Positions 48,401 to 61,243 of a stretch of DNA of 64,000 nt are shown here, one piece after another. The DNA is from Bugula neritina. Taxonomy: Eukaryota; Animalia; Bryozoa. Made by a program: the position numbers and the translations under genes. The stretch covers positions 1,116,001 through 1,180,000 of the forward strand of contig CAXIUT010000183.1 of the NCBI GenBank assembly GCA_964035545.1, in the 5' to 3' direction. Under the pieces are notes generated by a model. It saw only the letters and a program-made list of their open reading frames with translations, ran no database searches and was not told the DNA's origin. Positions within the stretch are counted from its first letter, which is position 1. Every line of letters starts with the position of its first letter.

Positions 48401-51400
48401 GCAACATACTGCAGCATACTGAAATACACTGTAACATACTGAAATACACTGCAACATACTACCACATATTGAAATACACTGCAACACATTGAAATGTACT
48501 GCAACATACCGAAATATATGGAAAACTACTGAAATATACTGTAACGCATTGAAAAAGACTGCAACATACTGAAATATATTGCGACACATTGCAATATACT
48601 GTAATATACTGAAAAATGCTGTATCACACTGAAATATACTGCAATTCGCTGAAATATACTGCAACATACTGAAATACACCGCAACATCCTACAACATACT
48701 AAAATACACTGTAACATTTCGAAATACACTGCAACACATTGAATTATACTGCAACATAACGAAATATATGGTAAACTACTGAAATATATTTTAACAAATT
48801 GAAAAATACTGCAACATACTGAAATATACTGTAACACACTGAAGTATACTGCAACATACTGAAATACACTGTAACATACTGAAATATACTGCAACATACT
48901 GAAATACACTGCTACATACTGAAATATACTGCAACGTACTGCAACATACTGCAGCATACTGAAATACACTGTAACATACTGAAATACACTGCAACATACT
49001 ACCACATATTGAAATACACTGCAACACATTGAAATGTACTGCAACATACCGAAATATATGGAAAACTACTGAAATATACTGTAACGCATTGAAAAAGACT
49101 GCAACATACTGAAATATATTGCGACACATTGCAATATACTGTAATATACTGAAAAATGCTGTATCACACTGAAATATACTGCAATTCGCTGAAATATACT
49201 GCAACATACTGAAATACACCGCAACATCCTACAACATACTAAAATACACTGTAACATTTCGAAATACACTGCAACACATTGAATTATACTGCAACATAAC
49301 GAAATATATGGTAAACTACTGAAATATATTTTAACAAATTGAAAAATACTGCAACATACTGAATATACTGTAACACACTGAAGTATACTGCAACATACTG
49401 AAATACACTGTAACATACTGAAATATACTGCAACATACTGAAATACACTGCTACATACTGAAATATACTGCAACGTACTGCAACATACTGCAGCATACTG
49501 AAATACACTGTAACATACTGAAATACACTGCAACATACTACCACATATTGAAATACACTGCAACACATTGAAATGTACTGCAACATACCGAAATATATGG
49601 TAAACTACTAAAATATACTGTAACACATTGAAAAATACTGCAACATACTGAAATATACTGCGACACCTAGCAATATACTGTAACATACTGAAATATGCTC
49701 TAGCACACTGAAATACAATGCAACTTACTGAAATATACTGCAACATACTGAAATACACTGCAACATCCTACAATATGCTGAAATACACAGTAACATATTG
49801 AAATACACTGCAACACTTTGAAATATACTGCAACATACCGAAATATATGGTAAACTACTGCAACATACTACAACATACTGAAATACACTGCAACACATTG
49901 AAATATACTGCGACATACCTAAATATACGGTAATATACTGAAATATACTGCAAAACATTGAAAAACACTGCAACATACTGAAATATACTGTAACACATCG
50001 AAATATACTGCAACATACTGAAATACACTGCAACATCCTACAATATGCTGAAATACACAGTAACATATTGAAATACACTGCAACACTTTGAAATATACTG
50101 CAACATACCGAAGTATATGGTAAACTACTGCAACATACTACAACATACTGAAATACACTGCAACACATTGAAATATACTGCGACATACCTAAATATACGG
50201 TAATATACTGAAATATACTGTAACACATTGAAAAATACTGCAACATACTGAAATATACTGTAACACACCGAAATATACTGCAACATACTGAAATACACTG
50301 TAACATACTGAAATACACTGCTACATACTGAAATATACTGCAACATACTGCAACATACTGAAATACACAGTAACATACTGAAATAAACTGCAACATACTA
50401 CAACATATTGAAATACACTGCAACACATTGAAATATACTGCAACATACCTAAATATACGGTAATATACTGAAATTCACTGTAACGCATTGCAAAATACTG
50501 CAACATACTGAAATTCACTGCGACACACTGAAATACGCTGCAAAATACTACAACATACTGAAATAAACTGTAACATGTTGAAATACACTGCAACACATTG
50601 AAAAATACTGCAACATACTGAAATATACTGTAACACACTGAAATATACTGCAACATACTGAAATACACTGTAACATACTGAAATATACTGCAACATACTG
50701 AAATACACTGCTACATACTGAAATATACCGCAACATACTGCAACATACTGCAATACACTGTAAAATACTGAAATACACTGCAACATACTACTACAACATA
50801 TTGAAATACACTGCAACACATTGAAATACACTGCAACTTACCGAATATATGGTAAACTACTGAAATATACTGTAACGCATTGAAAAGTACTGCAACATAC
50901 TGAAATATACTGTAACACACTGAAATATACTGCAACATACTGAAATACACTGTAACATACTGAAATATACTGCAACATACTGAAATACACTGCTACATAC
51001 TGAAATATACTGCAACGTACTGCAACATACTGCAGCATACTGAAATACACTGTAACATACTGAAATACACTGCAACATACTACCACATATTGAAATACAC
51101 TGCAACACTTTGAAATGTACTGCAACATACCGAAATATATGGTAAACTACTAAAATATACTGTAACACATTGAAAAATACTGCAACATACTGAAATATAC
51201 TGCGACACCTAGCAATATACTGTAACATACTGAAATATGCTCTAGCACACTGAAATACAATGCAACTTACTGAAATATACTGCAACATACTGAAATACAC
51301 TGCAACATCCTACAATATGCTGAAATACACAGTAACATATTGAAATACACTGCAACACTTTGAAATATACTGCAACATACCGAAATATATGGTAAACTAC

Positions 51401-54400
51401 TGCAACATACTACAACATACTGAAATACACTGCAACACATTGAAATATACTGCGACATACCTAAATATACGGTAATATACTGAAATATACTGTAACACAT
51501 TGAAAAATACTGCAACATACTGAAATATACTGTAACACACCGAAATATACTGCAACATACTGAAATACACTGTAACATACTGAAATACACTGCTACATAC
51601 TGAAATATACTGCAACATACTGCAACATACTGAAATACACAGTAACATACTGAAATAAACTGCAACATACTACAACATATTGAAATACACTGCAACACAT
51701 TGAAATATACTGCAACATACCTAAATATACGGTAATATACTGAAATTCACTGTAACGCATTGCAAAATACTGCAACATACTGAAATTCACTGCGACACAC
51801 TGAAATACGCTGCAAAATACTACAACATACTGAAATAAACTGTAACATGTTGAAATACACTGCAACACATTGAAAAATACTGCAACATACTGAAATATAC
51901 TGTAACACACTGAAATATACTGCAACATACTGAAATACACTGTAACATACTGAAATATACTGCAACATACTGAAATACACTGCTTCATACTGAAATATAC
52001 TGCAACATACTGCAACATACTGCAATACACTGTAAAATACTGAAATACACTGCAACATACTACAACATATTGAAATACACTGCAACACATTGAAATACAC
52101 TGCAACTTATCGAATATATGGAAAACTACTGAAATATACTGTAACGCATTGAAAAAGACTGCAACATACTGAAATATATTGCGACACATTGCAATATACT
52201 GTAACATACTGAAATATGCTCTAGCACACTGAAATATACTGCAATTCGCTGAAATATACTGCAACATACTGAAATACACCGCAACATCCTACAACATACT
52301 AAAATACACTGTAACATTTCGAAATACACTGCAACACAATGAATTATACTGCAACATAACGAAATATATGGTAAACTACTGAAATATATTTTAACAAATT
52401 GAAAAATACTGCAACATACTGAAATATACTGTAACACACTGAAGTATACTGCAACATACTGAAATACACTGTAACATACTGAAATATACTGCAACATACT
52501 GAAATACACTGCTACATACTGAAATATACTGCAACGTACTGCAACATACTGCAGCATACTGAAATACACTGTAACATACTGAAATACACTGCAACATACT
52601 ACCACATATTGAAATACACTGCAACACATTGAAATGTACTGCAACATACCGAAATATATGGAAAACTACTGAAATATACTGTAACGCATTGAAAAAGACT
52701 GCAACATACTGAAATATATTGCGACACATTGCAATATACTGTAATATACTGAAAAATGCTGTATCACACTGAAATATACTGCAATTCGCTGAAATATACT
52801 GCAACATACTGAAATACACCGCAACATCCTACAACATACTAAAATACACTGTAACATTTCGAAATACACTGCAACACATTGAATTATACTGCAACATAAC
52901 GAAATATATGGTAAACTACTGAAATATATTTTAACAAATTGAAAAATACTGCAACATACTGAAATATACTGTAACACACTGAAGTATACTGCAACATACT
53001 GAAATACACTGTAACATACTGAAATATACTGCAACATACTGAAATACACTGCTACATACTGAAATATACTGCAACGTACTGCAACATACTGCAGCATACT
53101 GAAATACACTGTAACATACTGAAATACACTGCAACATACTACCACATATTGAAATACACTGCAACACATTGAAATGTACTGCAACATACCGAAATATATG
53201 GAAAACTACTGAAATATACTGTAACGCATTGAAAAAGACTGCAACATACTGAAATATATTGCGACACATTGCAATATACTGTAATATACTGAAAAATGCT
53301 GTATCACACTGAAATATACTGCAATTCGCTGAAATATACTGCAACATACTGAAATACACCGCAACATCCTACAACATACTAAAATACACTGTAACATTTC
53401 GAAATACACTGCAACACATTGAATTATACTGCAACATAACGAAATATATGGTAAACTACTGAAATATATTTTAACAAATTGAAAAATACTGCAACATACT
53501 GAATATACTGTAACACACTGAAGTATACTGCAACATACTGAAATACACTGTAACATACTGAAATATACTGCAACATACTGAAATACACTGCTACATACTG
53601 AAATATACTGCAACGTACTGCAACATACTGCAGCATACTGAAATACACTGTAACATACTGAAATACACTGCAACATACTACCACATATTGAAATACACTG
53701 CAACACATTGAAATGTACTGCAACATACCGAAATATATGGTAAACTACTAAAATATACTGTAACACATTGAAAAATACTGCAACATACTGAAATATACTG
53801 CGACACCTAGCAATATACTGTAACATACTGAAATATGCTCTAGCACACTGAAATACAATGCAACTTACTGAAATATACTGCAACATACTGAAATACACTG
53901 CAACATCCTACAATATGCTGAAATACACAGTAACATATTGAAATACACTGCAACACTTTGAAATATACTGCAACATACCGAAATATATGGTAAACTACTG
54001 CAACATACTACAACATACTGAAATACACTGCAACACATTGAAATATACTGCGACATACCTAAATATACGGTAATATACTGAAATATACTGCAAAACATTG
54101 AAAAACACTGCAACATACTGAAATATACTGTAACACATCGAAATATACTGCAACATACTGAAATACACTGCAACATCCTACAATATGCTGAAATACACAG
54201 TAACATATTGAAATACACTGCAACACTTTGAAATATACTGCAACATACCGAAGTATATGGTAAACTACTGCAACATACTACAACATACTGAAATACACTG
54301 CAACACATTGAAATATACTGCGACATACCTAAATATACGGTAATATACTGAAATATACTGTAACACATTGAAAAATACTGCAACATACTGAAATATACTG

Positions 54401-57400
54401 TAACACACCGAAATATACTGCAACATACTGAAATACACTGTAACATACTGAAATACACTGCTACATACTGAAATATACTGCAACATACTGCAACATACTG
54501 AAATACACAGTAACATACTGAAATAAACTGCAACATACTACAACATATTGAAATACACTGCAACACATTGAAATATACTGCAACATACCTAAATATACGG
54601 TAATATACTGAAATTCACTGTAACGCATTGCAAAATACTGCAACATACTGAAATTCACTGCGACACACTGAAATACGCTGCAAAATACTACAACATACTG
54701 AAATAAACTGTAACATGTTGAAATACACTGCAACACATTGAAAAATACTGCAACATACTGAAATATACTGTAACACACTGAAATATACTGCAACATACTG
54801 AAATACACTGTAACATACTGAAATATACTGCAACATACTGAAATACACTGCTACATACTGAAATATACCGCAACATACTGCAACATACTGCAATACACTG
54901 TAAAATACTGAAATACACTGCAACATACTACTACAACATATTGAAATACACTGCAACACATTGAAATACACTGCAACTTACCGAATATATGGTAAACTAC
55001 TGAAATATACTGTAACGCATTGAAAAGTACTGCAACATACTGAAATATACTGTAACACACTGAAATATACTGCAACATACTGAAATACACTGTAACATAC
55101 TGAAATATACTGCAACATACTGAAATACACTGCTACATACTGAAATATACTGCAACGTACTGCAACATACTGCAGCATACTGAAATACACTGTAACATAC
55201 TGAAATACACTGCAACATACTACCACATATTGAAATACACTGCAACACTTTGAAATGTACTGCAACATACCGAAATATATGGTAAACTACTAAAATATAC
55301 TGTAACACATTGAAAAATACTGCAACATACTGAAATATACTGCGACACCTAGCAATATACTGTAACATACTGAAATATGCTCTAGCACACTGAAATACAA
55401 TGCAACTTACTGAAATATACTGCAACATACTGAAATACACTGCAACATCCTACAATATGCTGAAATACACAGTAACATATTGAAATACACTGCAACACTT
55501 TGAAATATACTGCAACATACCGAAATATATGGTAAACTACTGCAACATACTACAACATACTGAAATACACTGCAACACATTGAAATATACTGCGACATAC
55601 CTAAATATACGGTAATATACTGAAATATACTGTAACACATTGAAAAATACTGCAACATACTGAAATATACTGTAACACACCGAAATATACTGCAACATAC
55701 TGAAATACACTGTAACATACTGAAATACACTGCTACATACTGAAATATACTGCAACATACTGCAACATACTGAAATACACAGTAACATACTGAAATAAAC
55801 TGCAACATACTACAACATATTGAAATACACTGCAACACATTGAAATATACTGCAACATACCTAAATATACGGTAATATACTGAAATTCACTGTAACGCAT
55901 TGCAAAATACTGCAACATACTGAAATTCACTGCGACACACTGAAATACGCTGCAAAATACTACAACATACTGAAATAAACTGTAACATGTTGAAATACAC
56001 TGCAACACATTGAAAAATACTGCAACATACTGAAATATACTGTAACACACTGAAATATACTGCAACATACTGAAATACACTGTAACATACTGAAATATAC
56101 TGCAACATACTGAAATACACTGCTTCATACTGAAATATACTGCAACATACTGCAACATACTGCAATACACTGTAAAATACTGAAATACACTGCAACATAC
56201 TACAACATATTGAAATACACTGCAACACATTGAAATACACTGCAACTTATCGAATATATGGAAAACTACTGAAATATACTGTAACGCATTGAAAAAGACT
56301 GCAACATACTGAAATATATTGCGACACATTGCAATATACTGTAACATACTGAAATATGCTCTAGCACACTGAAATATACTGCAATTCGCTGAAATATACT
56401 GCAACATACTGAAATACACCGCAACATCCTACAACATACTAAAATACACTGTAACATTTCGAAATACACTGCAACACAATGAATTATACTGCAACATAAC
56501 GAAATATATGGTAAACTACTGAAATATATTTTAACAAATTGAAAAATACTGCAACATACTGAAATATACTGTAACACACTGAAGTATACTGCAACATACT
56601 GAAATACACTGTAACATACTGAAATATACTGCAACATACTGAAATACACTGCTACATACTGAAATATACTGCAACGTACTGCAACATACTGCAGCATACT
56701 GAAATACACTGTAACATACTGAAATACACTGCAACATACTACCACATATTGAAATACACTGCAACACATTGAAATGTACTGCAACATACCGAAATATATG
56801 GAAAACTACTGAAATATACTGTAACGCATTGAAAAAGACTGCAACATACTGAAATATATTGCGACACATTGCAATATACTGTAATATACTGAAAAATGCT
56901 GTATCACACTGAAATATACTGCAATTCGCTGAAATATACTGCAACATACTGAAATACACCGCAACATCCTACAACATACTAAAATACACTGTAACATTTC
57001 GAAATACACTGCAACACATTGAATTATACTGCAACATAACGAAATATATGGTAAACTACTGAAATATATTTTAACAAATTGAAAAATACTGCAACATACT
57101 GAAATATACTGTAACACACTGAAGTATACTGCAACATACTGAAATACACTGTAACATACTGAAATATACTGCAACATACTGAAATACACTGCTACATACT
57201 GAAATATACTGCAACGTACTGCAACATACTGCAGCATACTGAAATACACTGTAACATACTGAAATACACTGCAACATACTACCACATATTGAAATACACT
57301 GCAACACATTGAAATGTACTGCAACATACCGAAATATATGGAAAACTACTGAAATATACTGTAACGCATTGAAAAAGACTGCAACATACTGAAATATATT

Positions 57401-60400
57401 GCGACACATTGCAATATACTGTAATATACTGAAAAATGCTGTATCACACTGAAATATACTGCAATTCGCTGAAATATACTGCAACATACTGAAATACACC
57501 GCAACATCCTACAACATACTAAAATACACTGTAACATTTCGAAATACACTGCAACACATTGAATTATACTGCAACATAACGAAATATATGGTAAACTACT
57601 GAAATATATTTTAACAAATTGAAAAATACTGCAACATACTGAATATACTGTAACACACTGAAGTATACTGCAACATACTGAAATACACTGTAACATACTG
57701 AAATATACTGCAACATACTGAAATACACTGCTACATACTGAAATATACTGCAACGTACTGCAACATACTGCAGCATACTGAAATACACTGTAACATACTG
57801 AAATACACTGCAACATACTACCACATATTGAAATACACTGCAACACATTGAAATGTACTGCAACATACCGAAATATATGGTAAACTACTAAAATATACTG
57901 TAACACATTGAAAAATACTGCAACATACTGAAATATACTGCGACACCTAGCAATATACTGTAACATACTGAAATATGCTCTAGCACACTGAAATACAATG
58001 CAACTTACTGAAATATACTGCAACATACTGAAATACACTGCAACATCCTACAATATGCTGAAATACACAGTAACATATTGAAATACACTGCAACACTTTG
58101 AAATATACTGCAACATACCGAAATATATGGTAAACTACTGCAACATACTACAACATACTGAAATACACTGCAACACATTGAAATATACTGCGACATACCT
58201 AAATATACGGTAATATACTGAAATATACTGCAAAACATTGAAAAACACTGCAACATACTGAAATATACTGTAACACATCGAAATATACTGCAACATACTG
58301 AAATACACTGCAACATCCTACAATATGCTGAAATACACAGTAACATATTGAAATACACTGCAACACTTTGAAATATACTGCAACATACCGAAGTATATGG
58401 TAAACTACTGCAACATACTACAACATACTGAAATACACTGCAACACATTGAAATATACTGCGACATACCTAAATATACGGTAATATACTGAAATATACTG
58501 TAACACATTGAAAAATACTGCAACATACTGAAATATACTGTAACACACCGAAATATACTGCAACATACTGAAATACACTGTAACATACTGAAATACACTG
58601 CTACATACTGAAATATACTGCAACATACTGCAACATACTGAAATACACAGTAACATACTGAAATAAACTGCAACATACTACAACATATTGAAATACACTG
58701 CAACACATTGAAATATACTGCAACATACCTAAATATACGGTAATATACTGAAATTCACTGTAACGCATTGCAAAATACTGCAACATACTGAAATTCACTG
58801 CGACACACTGAAATACGCTGCAAAATACTACAACATACTGAAATAAACTGTAACATGTTGAAATACACTGCAACACATTGAAAAATACTGCAACATACTG
58901 AAATATACTGTAACACACTGAAATATACTGCAACATACTGAAATACACTGTAACATACTGAAATATACTGCAACATACTGAAATACACTGCTACATACTG
59001 AAATATACCGCAACATACTGCAACATACTGCAATACACTGTAAAATACTGAAATACACTGCAACATACTACTACAACATATTGAAATACACTGCAACACA
59101 TTGAAATACACTGCAACTTACCGAATATATGGTAAACTACTGAAATATACTGTAACGCATTGAAAAGTACTGCAACATACTGAAATATACTGTAACACAC
59201 TGAAATATACTGCAACATACTGAAATACACTGTAACATACTGAAATATACTGCAACATACTGAAATACACTGCTACATACTGAAATATACTGCAACGTAC
59301 TGCAACATACTGCAGCATACTGAAATACACTGTAACATACTGAAATACACTGCAACATACTACCACATATTGAAATACACTGCAACACTTTGAAATGTAC
59401 TGCAACATACCGAAATATATGGTAAACTACTAAAATATACTGTAACACATTGAAAAATACTGCAACATACTGAAATATACTGCGACACCTAGCAATATAC
59501 TGTAACATACTGAAATATGCTCTAGCACACTGAAATACAATGCAACTTACTGAAATATACTGCAACATACTGAAATACACTGCAACATCCTACAATATGC
59601 TGAAATACACAGTAACATATTGAAATACACTGCAACACTTTGAAATATACTGCAACATACCGAAATATATGGTAAACTACTGCAACATACTACAACATAC
59701 TGAAATACACTGCAACACATTGAAATATACTGCGACATACCTAAATATACGGTAATATACTGAAATATACTGTAACACATTGAAAAATACTGCAACATAC
59801 TGAAATATACTGTAACACACCGAAATATACTGCAACATACTGAAATACACTGTAACATACTGAAATACACTGCTACATACTGAAATATACTGCAACATAC
59901 TGCAACATACTGAAATACACAGTAACATACTGAAATAAACTGCAACATACTACAACATATTGAAATACACTGCAACACATTGAAATATACTGCAACATAC
60001 CTAAATATACGGTAATATACTGAAATTCACTGTAACGCATTGCAAAATACTGCAACATACTGAAATTCACTGCGACACACTGAAATACGCTGCAAAATAC
60101 TACAACATACTGAAATAAACTGTAACATGTTGAAATACACTGCAACACATTGAAAAATACTGCAACATACTGAAATATACTGTAACACACTGAAATATAC
60201 TGCAACATACTGAAATACACTGTAACATACTGAAATATACTGCAACATACTGAAATACACTGCTTCATACTGAAATATACTGCAACATACTGCAACATAC
60301 TGCAATACACTGTAAAATACTGAAATACACTGCAACATACTACAACATATTGAAATACACTGCAACACATTGAAATACACTGCAACTTATCGAATATATG

Positions 60401-61243
60401 GAAAACTACTGAAATATACTGTAACGCATTGAAAAAGACTGCAACATACTGAAATATATTGCGACACATTGCAATATACTGTAACATACTGAAATATGCT
60501 CTAGCACACTGAAATATACTGCAATTCGCTGAAATATACTGCAACATACTGAAATACACCGCAACATCCTACAACATACTAAAATACACTGTAACATTTC
60601 GAAATACACTGCAACACAATGAATTATACTGCAACATAACGAAATATATGGTAAACTACTGAAATATATTTTAACAAATTGAAAAATACTGCAACATACT
60701 GAAATATACTGTAACACACTGAAGTATACTGCAACATACTGAAATACACTGTAACATACTGAAATATACTGCAACATACTGAAATACACTGCTACATACT
60801 GAAATATACTGCAACGTACTGCAACATACTGCAGCATACTGAAATACACTGTAACATACTGAAATACACTGCAACATACTACCACATATTGAAATACACT
60901 GCAACACATTGAAATGTACTGCAACATACCGAAATATATGGAAAACTACTGAAATATACTGTAACGCATTGAAAAAGACTGCAACATACTGAAATATATT
61001 GCGACACATTGCAATATACTGTAATATACTGAAAAATGCTGTATCACACTGAAATATACTGCAATTCGCTGAAATATACTGCAACATACTGAAATACACC
61101 GCAACATCCTACAACATACTAAAATACACTGTAACATTTCGAAATACACTGCAACACATTGAATTATACTGCAACATAACGAAATATATGGTAAACTACT
61201 GAAATATATTTTAACAAATTGAAAAATACTGCAACATACTGAA

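Larger units (their letters stand above)
40235..61243. repeat. 4140-bp higher-order repeat, ~5 near-identical tandem copies
   Basis: The ORF series 40786, 44926, 49066, 53206, 57346 and the series 43313, 47453, 51593, 55733, 59873 are spaced exactly 4140 apart. Printed lines repeat every 69 lines. I noticed only one substitution between copies (position 47323). Confidence 0.96.
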
